From Podospora anserina (Eukaryota), in NCBI GenBank assembly GCA_017654855.1, contig CM030332.1, positions 558,001-622,000 on the forward strand: DNA of 64,000 nucleotides. The letters are read 5' to 3'. The notes under the pieces are model-generated. The model was not told where the DNA came from. It saw only the letters and a program-made list of their open reading frames with translations, and made no database searches. Both the position numbers and the translations under genes were made by a program. Below, piece by piece: positions 12,601-26,396 of the stretch. The first letter of the stretch is position 1; each line of letters opens with the position of its first letter.

Positions 12601-13520
12601 CTCGATGCAAATCCCATCATCGTAAATTCCTCTCTCCTTCTCATTCCCTTTCCTCCAATTCCATTGTGGGGTATCGGCGACCAATTGATAAAAACTCATG
12701 TGCGCCGTTTCCCAAAATGCTCCCTTGATTCATAGTGACGGTGGTGGTACAGTGGTGTGTAGAAAAATCCTTCTAATAATCCCCAAAGTTTGTTGTGCGA
12801 TAAAAATTCATTCGTAACATTGGAAATCTTGCATGTCGTGTCGCGGTAGTGTGGCAGTAGGAAAAAAACGAAAACCCGTTGATTAAAGTCGATACTGTGG
12901 TGGTTGGTGGTATTACAATGTGATGATAAATTGTTGAAATCCGTCCCGGAGTGGTGGTCCGTCAGATGCCGAAAAGCCGAAGATAATTAGAATAAAGCGA
13001 AAGTGTGAAAGTTGGAAGAGGTGTGGATGTCTCCCAATGAGCCGGCTCTCGGGGGGAAGGATGGCAAGACAGTTCCTGTCGTGGTGTGCAACTGAACTGA
13101 AGGTGGTGGTGGTGGTGGTGGTGGTGCCAGAAAAAGGTCGGCAATGGTACACAGCATGCTGGAGTGTTGACGTAGCTGGGAGAAAAATGCTGGTAGGCCA
13201 ATCAGGGCGAGAGCCTTTGGGTTGAGACGGTTGAAATGGCTATGTCGAGAATGGCTGTGGTGCATCATGCACGAAGCATGATGGCGTGCAGCTCACAGGC
13301 GTGGAATTCGTTGTTGTCGGAAACCAATGCGGAGACAGGAAAGCTGGCTCCGTTTTTGCAGCCTCGCATGCCCTTGATATGATTGCGTTCGGCCTGTCGA
13401 AATCTTCAAAGCGGATGTCGACCAGGCCTATAGACCCATGGTGAAAGCGGTAACAATGTGCTGTAAACCGTTGATATTCGAGTGGTGGTTGGTAGTTGTA
13501 GTTGATCGACTATCAACCCT

Positions 13521-13637
13521 TTAGCCCCTCTTGGGGAGAGGAGGCAGAGGGCGACTCGGGGGAGGGCCGGGGCAGGGGGGAAGCTGAGATGGTCTCTGAG
13601 AATCCATGGTGTAGGTCTGTTCGTTGTGGGCGGCCAT
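13521..13637 (-). CDS. Candidate 38-aa proline-rich microprotein MAAHNEQTYTMDSQRPSQLPPCPGPPPSRPLPPLPKRG
   Basis: ATG in a strong fungal context (CATACA-ATG-GCC) after a CA-rich 5'UTR-like tract; contains RPLPPLP. A second in-frame ATG (ACC-ATG-G) at 13607. Confidence 0.55.
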   Translation of the reverse strand: MAAHNEQTYTMDSQRPSQLPPCPGPPPSRPLPPLPKRG

Positions 13638-16600
13638 TGTATGGTGTTGAGGGGTTGTTGAGTGGGTGAGTGAGGTGGTGGTTGCTGGTGGTGGGAGTGG
13701 CTGGTAGATATGTCGTTGACAAGAGAGCTTGTGATGCTTCAATATTCTGATAATGAACTGATCAGATTGTGTTGGCTGATGATGGTTCGAGATGGTGGGC
13801 TTGGTTGGGGGGTGGGAGGAGGGCAGAGGCTCCCTTATGTAGCAAGCCGCGAACTGATAATCTCAAGATTGCTCGCAAGCCAGGATGCGCAAGAACAGCT
13901 TCACGGACAGGGCTGTGGGCAGTGAGTCCCGGTCATCCCCTGGCATGCTGGGCAGATGAGTAACGAGTACCCTGTTCGGGTCCGGAGGTACCTGGGAGGC
14001 CCTCAAACGCCCACGTAATTTGGCTGTGTCGGGATTCATGAGTCAAGTCTCTCAGGCCACGAGGGAGGTACTGCGACCGGAAAAGCAGCACAAAGTTGCG
14101 GTGACGCAGCCACGGCTTGGCAGTAACTCAAGGTTGCCAGGTTCTCGATGACCACCACGAAATAATGAAACACAGCATCACGCCCAGGGACTCCCTGTCG
14201 TTAATACAGCAACCCCTGCTCCGAGAAAAGCCACGGCTGCTGTACGTACCTTTCACTCCTTTTCGTTGCGCCATAACGTGAAATACCGAAATACGGGCTG
14301 CGTAATGCTGCGAAAATAACGCTGAAAGTCAGAGAAGCGGTCGATGGCAGCCGACCGACGCATGACGGCCGCTCCATGGATACCCACCCGGCCGCTCCTC
14401 CGGCGACTGTGTCGTCAATCCGGCATTCAACATCAGACTCCGAAGCTGTCAACCGGCGGTTGGGCATCGTTGCGCTGTTCTTGGGCTTGGTGTCCCCGCT
14501 CCATAGTCCGCCCCCTCACCACCACCTCTCCTACACGGCTGGTAGTATCGTACGTGCTATTACAATCATACATCCTCTGTGTGAGTCCCAGAAAATAGAT
14601 GTTGACGCTGCATTCGGCAGGAAAGCCGAGCCGCAGGACACGTTTTTCAGCGCGCAAACGGAAGCGTCCGCAGCACAGCGCATATCGCAGCGCATTGCCC
14701 AGCTCGAGACGCATCTCTGCCATGTCCGAAAAGGGCGGCACACAGCGAGCTGAGAAAGGGCGAAAGATCTGAAATTGAGGAATTGCAAATTTGGCACAGT
14801 ACAGCGCAGGCTGGACCAACTCCAGCAACTCCGGTCGAAGCCTCGTCTTGTCCCCCTTTGCTCGATGCTCCACAGCCAATTTCACCGTGATTACCAAGAA
14901 TCCTCGAACGGCATTTGTTGGGAATTCTGCATTTGTGCGAGCAAAATTGCCCACGCCAGGGCTTCTTCTTCAGGGGGGGCGGGGCCCATGTCAGCGCATC
15001 TTTCAGGGGCCGTACGCCCTGAAGGAGATTCGACTTTGCCGTCACCGTCACCCTTCCACGTCACTGTCACTGTAGACCTGGCTCAGGGGCTGGGCACCGA
15101 AACTACAAACGCAGCAAATGGAAAAATGACGGTGTACGGAGCAAATTAGAAGACGCAAACGCAGCCTAGAGGCGGTGACAGCTATCAAAGCAATGCCCAG
15201 CCTTTACTCCAAAGTACTTTGTATGCCCGAGGAAATTGACTTTAGGCCTACAATGTTTGAGAGAACGGAATTCCATCGGCGCAAAGAGCAAGTTCTGTTT
15301 CAGAAACAACCGTCTCTTCGATCTTTTAGTTGTCCGTCATTCCGCCAGGGGAAAGTTGAAGCAGCCGATGCAGGTCCAGGTCAGCTGGCCACCACACTGC
15401 AACCCATCCTTTTCGAAGAATCTTCTCATCGCCCTCGCCATCACGGACCGATCCCTGCCGCTCTCGTATCCTCCAAATCGGTGTCGCAAGACTGATGACC
15501 ACACCATCGCACGTTTCTGGGCGCCTTTGCGGGTGCCGTTCATTGCGCTCGTGGTATACCAAGCTTCCGAGAGATGACAAGTCATTACGGAACCACACAA
15601 TTCGCCATGATCACGGCCGAATGATTACCTGAATCCGTTGTGCGTCGTGAGCCCTCATGGTGCGTCGTTTCGTTTTCTGATCAGTGATATGGAAGTCTGG
15701 GGAAAATCCACTCGACAACAGCCGACCAGCCGAAGCATACCGAAATTGTATGGATCTGATGACAGGCGGCACTTCAGCGCACAAGCCCTTGCTCCGATCT
15801 TCCACCCACCGGGCTGAGAGAGGTTGAAAGAGAAGTGGATTTTGGGGTTTTCTTTTCTTTTTCCTGCCCCTCCGGTGAGGCCGATGAGGGGTCCCCAGCT
15901 GCGGTTGGCAGCACAACAACAACTTTCTGCGTGTCATCATCTGGAGATATTCCACTTTCAGCCTTTGGTCCGTTTGGTTCGTCCCAGAAGAATGGTGCTC
16001 TCGAAGCGTAGCATCCAGCCTCGTCAGCATTCAGCTCCTTACAGCACGGCTCACCCTACCAGTACGGAACCACCGTAATTACAAGACCAGTACCGTGGAG
16101 GAGCGGAACGGGAGAAAACGTCGGCTGTCCGCTCCGACGGTGGGCTCAACCTTCACACCCTCTTTTGTTTCTGACCTGGACGACATTCGTGAAGGTGGTG
16201 TGGTGGCGGTCACCCAAAGTAGGCCACCATTTGGCGGCCTGCCTCTTCTTATCCAGGAACAGGAACAGGTGCCCATCGCGAGAGCTCGATTGGCCCGGGT
16301 GACATGAAGCCCCACGTTTTATCCAACAACAACATTGTCCCGACGCAAGGCTATCATTTCCACGTCTTATAACCCCGCACTTACATCCTTACGACATGCA
16401 CACACTCACACCTCACATTTGAAAACTAAAACAGGGTTGGATTCATATGACTGAACTGATGACACCGCATTTCCATCTATATGTCGGTGTACGAGCCAGA
16501 CTGTCGCCAGGCGCGGGGCACACGATTAGGCATTGGCTGTCAACCTAGCCATATCTTTCCCGTTTGGGCAACCCGATTCAACCCAACCCCGCCTTTTGGT

Positions 16601-18471
16601 TTTTATGAGGCATTCACCAAGTGTCTATTACTGGGGGGGCATACCGGACACACGATAAGGCCGGTATACTACAAGGTACAGTGACTCACATTCACACAGG
16701 GCACTTGGACGCGTTGTCAACTGGGCAACTTTCAACCAGGGCCCGAAGAGCCGGGATGTGTAATCGGTACGGAGTAAGCAAGGAAATTCGGAGGATTCAA
16801 TGACAACCTCGATTTCATGGTACAGAGTAAATAACAGAAAGAAAATTCTGACGAGAATATGCGGCGGCCGCGGCACAGGGAAATCCACAATAAACAGAAA
16901 ACTAAAACATAGCGTGACCTCCGGCATTGAGGAAGATTGTTTGTTTCAATATGCAACCCGCCGAAACCACCGACTTCCATTACACATACGGATAACGTGG
17001 TCTCAGTCTCAGTTTCCCGACACGAAGGGTACACTCACTTAGACACCTCATGCAACTGCAATGTAATGCAATGCAGCAACGGGCCCGAGAAGAGTGCTTG
17101 GTGTTTCGTGGCCTGCGAGATTGTCCGCTTTTGGAATTTCTATATGACAGACTTTGCTCTGGTTCAATATGGCATTGATGGACGACTGTCGGCTGCAAGA
17201 GCGGCGGTATGAGCACGGCGAAGAAAACAGAAATATCACAACCCATCACGGCTTGGGCTGGGAATTGCCTCAACAGCCGCCCAGTGTCGCCTGCGCTTTG
17301 ACAGTCAAGACTCAAGCGAGCGCTTATTTGAAGCATAGCTGTGCTACTATGACATGGAACGGAGCAACAACTGAAAGACGACAGTAGCATTAACCGCGAG
17401 CCGCCGTCTTTCTCAGGTTGCGCGGCTAATTTGATCTTCCATGTGTCTGTTCTCACCTCGCCTCTTTTGTGCATACATGACATAGGACTGCAGCGCGCAT
17501 CTCTCCGTATTTTTGGGACGGCGTAGCATCGTCAATAATTTGGGCGGAAGCTGAAGGCGGCGCAGCACTGCCGGGAAGCATTCTTTCCAGCACTTTTCCA
17601 GCCACCAGCATCTGTCAGTCGTGATCTTTTTGGGGGAACACAAAGAATCAGGAGGGAACCGACAAGTCGACTTGGGCAACAAAACATGATCGGGCTTGGG
17701 AGCAACGTCAAAGGCCGCACGATAAGCGAGGAAGGAATTAGCCGATGCACTGTTCTTATTTCGTACATATTTCTCGATAGCCTTGCGCACTAAATAGCAA
17801 CAAACATGTTATCATGTGTCAGCATCATGAAGACTGATACAGGACGATATTCAGCACCACGCAAACTTTTTGATATTGGGCAGCTCTCGGTATCCAATGA
17901 CACGCGAGTCCGAGATTCGGATCGCGGCCGCTCGGTAGATTGTTTCAATCAATTGTCGACACACCATCAACCCCCAAAGTGTCTGTTTGCTTTTTGCCCG
18001 CAAAACGTTGGGGGCTCTTTTTGATGCAAGTAATTATCATGGCGAGCTGATATGCTGTATCACTCTCACTCAGCAGCAGGCATTATCTACAGTGCTGGAT
18101 GGCAACCCTTATAATGTACCTCGGCACCTACTCTTATCTCGGGTCCTCCATCTTCGTGTTCGTCTGCGCGTTGTTGATGATCATCACCGACTGCTCCCCA
18201 AAGCTCTCGAGATGGAGGGTATAATACGGGCTGAAATTCATCCCATCCAGGAACAACTCACCTTAGTGCTCACCTTCCCTTCGGCTTTCGGTGTAAGTCA
18301 GGCGGCGCAGTTCAGGTACCGTCGGGCGTCATCTCACCAACCACACACACCATATGAGAATTATCCTTCTCACCCACCCATCATCAGTCCCATCCACCTA
18401 CATCCCCGCTCCCTCAGCTAGCTAGCTTCAGTTTTTGTGATGCCCGAGATCAACGTCAGCAACAAGGAAGC

Positions 18472-18500
18472 CACAACAACAACAACAACAACAACAACAA
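18472..18500. repeat. (ACA)n microsatellite
   Basis: About 9 ACA units. Confidence 0.85.
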
Positions 18501-21500
18501 GCAGCACTTTCCCAATACGGACATGGTTTCGTGAGAACGTCTGTGCATTTCCACCGTGGAAAACTGGAGACCGGAGACCGAGCCCGAAAACGCCGCCGCC
18601 GAGTGACCCGGCAGCTTGGTACGGAAGGATGCTCCAACGTTCGTAAGACCGAAACCCCACATTCTTACAAACCCTCCCTTGCTTACACCATCATCATAAT
18701 TCATCACCACCCATAAACATCTTGTTTCATTTTTGGCCGGCTTTCCACAGCACCATCGCCGCAAACAAGAGTTTTTTGCATTTGCATTGCTACCATAGGC
18801 AGGAAAACATGATCATGCGTCGCAGGGCGAGCACGTGTAACATCCCGTGGACAAATCTGTGTAACCTTGTAATCCTCTTGCCCCTCATCTGTATCGGTTT
18901 GTTGATTGCCCCTCCCAAAAACACCAACAATCTCTCCGATGACGAATTCATCCCAAGAGAGGGAGAAAACTGATATCTTTCTTTTTTTACTGTCTCGCCG
19001 ATCCGGCTGAGTCGGGCGTTGTCAATCCTACGGTATTATTGCGTCTTGCAACCAACCACAACTTTGGGACCTGTCTTTGCCTGCATCAATTTCCGCCGAT
19101 TGGTGTCAGAGAATCCATCATCTGACCCCTCCTTCCACTCGCACAGAGTTCCATGCATCCACAAACTCTTCGAAAGAAAAACCCGGGAAGTTGGGCACGA
19201 ACGGTTTCGGCAAAAGGCGATCTTCTTTTGCCTGCAAGCAAGCGGTGAAGAAGTGGATTGGTTCAAGTCTTGTGCTTTGTGATGCTGCAGAGTGTGATGA
19301 TGGTGAAACTGGTGATTGCAATTTGCCTCAACGGCGGTGACAGTCGCAGAACTGCCTCATCAGCGAGGAGAAGGGCCCGAATTGAAATCTGGCTTCTCAT
19401 ACATACAGGCTTGTATGGTGGGGTGGGAAAGTTACATTCCAGCGATACATTACCTTCCGAACACCAAGAGTTTCCCAGCCTCGTAATTTTGATACAAGCT
19501 GAAAAAAGAATACACGGCCAAAACCGGGCTAGCCATCCCTTGTCATTTCACAAACATGGTGAAATTACCAATAACCAAATGAACAAAACCCACCCAAACG
19601 TGGAAACCTTCTAGAACATCTTCCGAACAGTGCTGTCAGGAATTGTGGGGGCGGCTTTCAATTTCCTTTTTCTCCCTCCAACCCAACCGCCTCCACTTGC
19701 CTCCACTGTGGGCATCACATGCAAAGATGCCAACCACCACACAAACGGCGGCATTCCTTGAATATTTTTTTCCTTTGACATGAGCCTTTTTCTTGTTGGT
19801 GTTGATATTTTTTTCCTCTTAAGCGCCGGAGGATGCGTTTGTTTGATTCTTCACCGCTTGTCTGTGTCATATCGACATCGCAGCAGCCGCTTCACGTCTT
19901 GGAGATTCCAGGCAGGCAGGCATGGTGGTCCCTGTCTCATTTTTGACGTCGTTTTTGGTTGTTCCTCTCTTTCTCTCTATCTTCGGATGCCGGCTACGGG
20001 ATTATCTTTTCTCTTTATTACGAGGGATCTTTGAAATACAGCCACCAGCCACTTTGCCTTGATTTGTGTTGATTGACCTGACCTTGTTGGGAAGAAAAGG
20101 TGGTCTGATTCACAACGTTTATGCTACACTAGCTTGTTGACGTTCTCTCTAGCCTTGTTTTTTATCACTGATAATGGGATATGCCGGAGGATTTGTAGCG
20201 CTTGGTGTGCATACACGGAGAGATGATGACGTTGCCCGAGGCCCTCTCAAACAACCCTAGACAACAGTTTTTCTTTCTGGGGTAATTTACATGGGGATTG
20301 GAGATGAGAGAGAAGCAACGCGGGATGTGGGTTCGGAGCAGCGGAGGGGTCTGCTCCGATGAAGTTGGTTTGATATCAACCAGCCTCTAATGCCGAGATG
20401 TCCGCCGGCATTTGTGTGTGATTGTCGTCGTTTTCGTGTTCCCTCGGGAAAGTTGGCAAAAAAACAGGGCTTTCACTCGAAAAAGATAACAAAAATCTGA
20501 CAGGTTTCTTTTTTCTTCTCTCCACGCACGGATGATTTACCAGACACTCAAATGTGCGGCTGGCTGCCGGGTGGGGTGGTATGTAGGTGGTGCCCAACAA
20601 CCAACAGACAAGGAACAACGGGTGCGTCGCCCGTGGAAAGCTGTAAGCCCTACCACACCTGCGAGGGCAGAAAAAAAGAGGCGTTCAATCCCTTCCCGGA
20701 GCTTATTTTTGTTTGGGGGATGAACCAAGCTGTCGGTCCTTCTCTTGCAGCTCTCATCACATTCGTCAGCCCATCGAAGCCCAAAATTGTAGAGGTGCAT
20801 ATTGGTAATGATAGTTTGGAGCCTTGCGTTCCTTCGAGGGAGTTTTCTGGGATTGATCATGACTGGCCAGGAAGAAAAGAACCAACCCGCATGGAAAGGA
20901 ATCGAAAAGAACAGTGCAGTAGCCGATTTTCTTTCTGGGCGCCATCACGTTCTTTTTTTGCGAGGCCCTTACCGTTGCAGTCTTACATATTACAAACTGA
21001 TGATTTCCGTGGGCTCGGGGGGGGGCTTTGACATCACCAACAACCCCGAACGGCTCTTGCTGCTTATCTGCCTTCCATGTCATACTGCGTATGTGGAAGC
21101 CTGGTTGTAACAAGGAAAGTTGGGATGAGGATGATACACCATGTATCGGCAGGCGAGTCGGGACGAAACAGCGAAAGGAAGCTTCCGGGTTTCTTGGGGT
21201 TGACTCGTTTATGTGTGCCCATGAATCACCACTTTGCGGTTTGTCATCATGTTCGTCTCAAGTTCTTGTCTTTTTGTCTTGTGTTGATGGAGTCTTCTCT
21301 CATCTGGAAATCCCGAGGAGGGCTGATCCATGTGTGGAGTCTCCAACCCCAGCTTTCAACAACACAAGTCCCCCCCCCAACCGAACGTTGCAGTTTCGCT
21401 CGTAAAAATAAAACACACAAGAACCCTCTCTGTTTCTTCTTCCGTATCACAAGGTTTCCCGGCAGTACGGTTACAGTTGTTGGGTCACACTTGTCTCTCA

Positions 21501-24500
21501 GTCCCCAAGACATAATTAGACCCTTCTCCATTCTCTGGAATGACCGAAAAGAATACACCGCTGTTCAGCCTGGCCGGCATACCGATGTTATCGACGGAGA
21601 TCGCGGCAGTCGTTTGAGGAAAGAACATCTGTATCAAAAAAAAAAAAAAAAAAAGAGCTCGGCCCGTCAACCGTTGCGCGCCTATTGCGCTGGTCAGGTG
21701 GTCCTTGCTTTGCGGCAAAAGTCGCAGACACCGGAAATGACAGCGTGGGGTTTTCCTTGTTGACCGCCGCAGACTTTCACTCTCACGAGGGCACAAAATG
21801 GGTGGGTTCATGCAAGAAGGTCCAAGAGAGCAAAATAATGAAAAAAAAGTTATGTCAAGGACACTTCGTTGCTTCGTTCGTCCTTCTCCGAGCCGAAGCT
21901 CGGTACCACCGCTCTGTCACGACCCCGTCGATCTTGTTCAGTAGTTCAGCTGGGAATGGGTTGTTGGGCATGTGGGATGCCATCGCGAATTCCGCGCACA
22001 GCGCGTACAATTTAATCATCCCACTCCCGCGCCGGTCCTTCGGCCCCAACAGTTCGGGGCAAGGTCAAGGCGCCGGGGACTCTCGTCATATCGATCGGCG
22101 TCAGCGAACTCCCGTTCCCGAAAAAAAAGAAAAAGAAAAAACCGGCTCCCTCGCTCTTCCACCAATCACAGCAACAAACCCTCTCATTACTCCCAGGTCC
22201 TGAAACCTTGACTTGTTCAAACTATCGCCAAATCCAGTTAAGCCCCAATATCATCATCAGCTCTCTTGTCTTTTCCCCTCCCCAGCTTTTGAAATAAGCG
22301 CGCCACCGGTTATTTTGTTCCTTTTTTAATGCTCGCTATCTCTTTTTCCTTTTTTTTATTGTGCGGAACCCCAGTTGATGCGCCCCACGGCTTGGGTGAG
22401 CGCTCCAACCTCAAAGAAGAAAAGCCCCAGGTCAGAGCGCCTGAAAACAACCCCTGCCACCCACGTGGTGGAAATGGTGCTGGCGTAACCCCAAAGCCCC
22501 TGGCGATCGCCTGCTGCAGGAGGCTCCTTTTGGAATGGCTTCATCAATTTGCCTTTTTGTCTGCTGCCTGCAGGTTGTTGCGCGCGCGCGCACAAGCCAC
22601 CTGTCGACATCCCCTGAAAGACAACACACTGCAAAAGACAAGAAGGGTCTGGAACATCTTGTTCAACAGAAAAAAGTTATTCAGATCACAATCTCCTCCT
22701 GCATGCTGCATGTCTTCTATTTGCCCGTCGAGTATGCCCGGCACGCCGATAGAGGTATGTACATATTCCATAGTGCCGAGAAACATTTCCCTATCTCCTC
22801 TGCCAAATCTTCTAATACATCCCCCCGGTATCATGAAATCGCGATAAGTACAATACGACTCCTCTAATCACAAAGCCCGTGGCTGAGCCAGCAAGCTCGA
22901 ATGAATGAGGTAAGCAACCATCTAGACCTTGCCCTGTCCGCAAGAAAGGGGAGACAACGAAAACACAACCCTCCAAGTGACATGGTCGCCGTAGCCGTCA
23001 ACTAGGGAAAGCCACACAACCCGAACTCGCGGTCTCTCTTTTCCCCCCTACCTACTAGTGATCCTATTTTGGGTTGACCACCCCATGTCGTTGCAAATGG
23101 GTTAGGGAGGTTGCATTCATGCGGCCCACCTTCACCAGAAAGCAGCAGTTCTTGAGCTCATCAAGACTAGCCCAAAATCATGCGACGGTGCACAGACGGT
23201 GGACTTTCGTCTTGTCGAGGTTTCCTATTCCCGAAATCGTCCATCATTCCCAAATTTCATCACTTTTTGGCATCCTGGGGGTTCGTCTTGTGTCCGATAC
23301 TCCTCGGGAACCTCGTATCTGCCGCTCGTGAGCGACGATGACCGAGACAGACCAGAGAAGAGAAGGAGTGACGGCAGCAGCAACCGAATACGCTTCGGTA
23401 ATTCTACCGAGATGTTTGAGATGGATGGGAGCGAATGTCCATCATGTCCATCATGTCCCGTCTCAGTCGTCGTGGGGGCACAATGAGACGGAGCGAGTGT
23501 TTCTTGTATTGAATCATGCCGATGGAAATGATATTGTATTCATGTGTATTGTGTCTGTAACCCCCCAAAGAGTCAAAAACCGGTGATGATCCACGGACGG
23601 GTCGGATTCATTAGTACAAAACTATTCCTGGAGCGCGCGATTGCAGCGCGGGAACAAATAGTATAGTATAGCAATGATGATATAACCACCATAACCAGCT
23701 CATGCTGCTATGCGGCGTGGAATTTGCGCTGGTAAAACAAGCGGTTGGCTAGCGGAAGAACTTTCAAGTGTTTGTTTGCTCTCAACTTCAAACATCTCAG
23801 AGATCACCACTTCCATCCTTCCGTTCCTGGCTAAAGGTTGCAACCAATTCACCCCTCCCTCGCCCCGCCATCCTCGGCCTGGAGAACGTCCTCCGGCCCT
23901 GTGCACGCAGCCGCACCCCGCGGCCGCCTTGCATGGCCTGATAACAAGACCAAGCTGTACGCCAAAACCTGATTATTCGCGGGGGCGGAGACGATGGCAC
24001 CGGCCTTCTGTTCACGAGGCGCAGTTCGGGAGAATTCGCGGACGGAATTCATCCGTACGATCTCGATTACTGAGCTCATGAGGCCATCTCCAAGTGCCAA
24101 CCCACTTGGCGGCTTTGTATGCCCCGCAGATACGGATACAGACAAGGCTTTGATGATGATCGATTGTTTCGGTTTTCAGCCTTCCGGGTATCGTTCATGA
24201 TGGTTGTCGTCATGTACCGTCCTTCACCTGCGGCGTAGAGTAGTGATTGCCAGCGATGTTCAAGTCACACACAGTCGGCGTCTCACAGGTGGGTGTGATA
24301 GATTGTGATAAGAACTGGGGGCCAGAACACCAAGACTGGGGCCCCGAGATGCCGTACTGATAGACGATGCTTGGGTCAGAAACACCTTCCCTATCATTTG
24401 ACGCCAACAAAAAGAGGCGTCCAGGTGCATGTTTCTCAGTGTCTGCCCGCTGGCTGTAAACGCTTGACTGGGGCAACTGCCGACGTCCACAGTTTCAACT

Positions 24501-24970
24501 GGTGTTGCTGCAGTTCGGCCATTCTGTTGTGATTGGCGTCTGCAAGCGATATGTAGGTTTGGCCTCTTTTTCGTCGGACCAGGAGGGTAAAAGCCGCAAT
24601 CCATGCTGTTCAAGCCCAAAAGCCACCAGACATGGCGGCATGAAGATCTCAAGGTTCCTGAAAATTCGTATTCGTTGGTCTTTTGAGCCTCGTGCATATG
24701 CTCCCCAAGCGGCAGTCCGAAACTGATATTGCGGGGTGTCCCGGATGATCATGTTTGAGGGCGGGTTGAGTTGACGAAAGTTGAGACGTTCCTGGGGCTC
24801 TTTCTGACGACATCAAGCAGTTGCCAATCGAACCACTCACATGAGGCTATTCCCTGCTGCTGTTGTGATATGTTAGTATAGATACCCCGCCCTGATGTTG
24901 TGTCGAGTGGCCGGTCGCTCAACATGCGGCCGGCCCGATAGAGAAGCATCGCAATGCTATGGTGGCCATA

Positions 24971-26056
24971 TCACGACGCCTCCTCATCCCCCGCACCAGC
25001 CTCATCGGGAAGTTGCGTAGAAGATATCCAGTTCTCCATCATAGCCTGACCTCGAGGTCGGCCGGCAGCTTGGGACCTGCCGCTCGTCGACATTGCTAAA
25101 CCTCCGCCCTTTCCGATGCCCTCCCGTCTTTTGACGACGAGGCACAGCACCCGGCCATAGATGGCGAAACCCTCGTATGAGATATCCATGCCCAACTTCT
25201 TCTTGTCGTCAGGTCCATCCATGTCTCGAGCGGCCGCCTTCTCCCGACGGCGCTTTGATGGGGGCGGCCTTCCAGCTGCTGTGTCACTGTCATCGTCGTC
25301 GTCTCCGTCACCAACGAACAGCTGATCATCTGATGAATCTGTATCAATCGTCTCAACAACGTCAGGATCAATCTCGGAGGGGTTCGACACGCCCTCATTC
25401 TCCCCGCTGGTTTGCCTGCGCCTCTTTGCTCTCCGATTGGTACTGGCCGAGTTTGTTGTTGTTTCATCTATCTCGGGGATGTCGTCCAGGTTGATGGCAT
25501 TCTGATCATCATCCTCCTCGTGGATCAGTGGCACATCATCATCCCCATCGGTTGCCTCCTGGAGCACCTCATCCCCGTCAACATCAATGGGGGCGTCATG
25601 AACCCCGCCTGTCAGTTTTGAAGAGTTGGACGTGAGTTTAGTCTGCACTTTGTCACGAAAGTGCTTCCTCTTGTGCAACAGTGAGTGCCTCGTGTCGGTT
25701 TCCATCAGGAAGATCGACACCTCAAAGTCATCTGCTCTCAGTGGTCAGCATGAGCTGTCCGATTTCCACACACTTGGCAGGGCCCGAGAACCTGGGGTAA
25801 CGATATGCTTCTTCTTACCTTGGACCACGACATCCTTGATGGTTCGTTTCTTGCTCTTTTTCTTCATGCGATCTCGCTCTTGCTCCTCGCGCAGTTTCGG
25901 CAAGACCAACGGCCGTACACTCTCAATAACTTTGGGAAGAATAGGGTCCCGTGGGTTCAGGAGCCATGACTGTGTCAGTGCGGGGTTGTCCAGGTATATG
26001 CGGCACTCGAGAACCGAATATTTGGTAATTCTCAAGTATCGTCGTATGGGTGTCAT
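24971..26056 (-). CDS. Conserved fungal hypothetical protein; intron 25732-25818
   Basis: MTPIRRYLRITKYSVLECRIYLDNP exon joins DDFEVSIFL in frame through a GTAAG..GCTGAC..CAG intron. Acidic low-complexity middle and a C-terminal DKKKLGMDISYEGFAIYGRVLCLVVKRR block. Confidence 0.8.
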
Positions 26057-26396
26057 GGTTACCCATGAACCATCAGTTTCTTATGATGTTGAAGTTGAAG
26101 TTGAAGTCGGTAAACAATCAGATGAGTCGTAGGTAGCAATAACATGTCATGGAAGGGCGGTAAGTTCGTTCAGGTGGGGCTGCTTTTTCAGCCTTGCAGG
26201 GAAGGCGCCATCGGGCTGTGATGACGTGACGTCGTTTGCAATGGTCTGTGTCGACAAAGAATGAGCCAGAGAACTTCCACTTGACAATATATGCAACGAC
26301 GATTTTGATTCTTGGTTATGTCGGTGTATCGCTCGCTTCTAATCTAAATACCATGGACTCATTAGATCCATATGTTGTATGCCTCCTTGATAGCAA

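Noticed and set aside
14201-15600. Cluster of overlapping 90-170 aa ORFs in the gene desert
   Set aside because: No domain motifs, no evident codon bias and no convincing splice structure; typical of chance ORFs.
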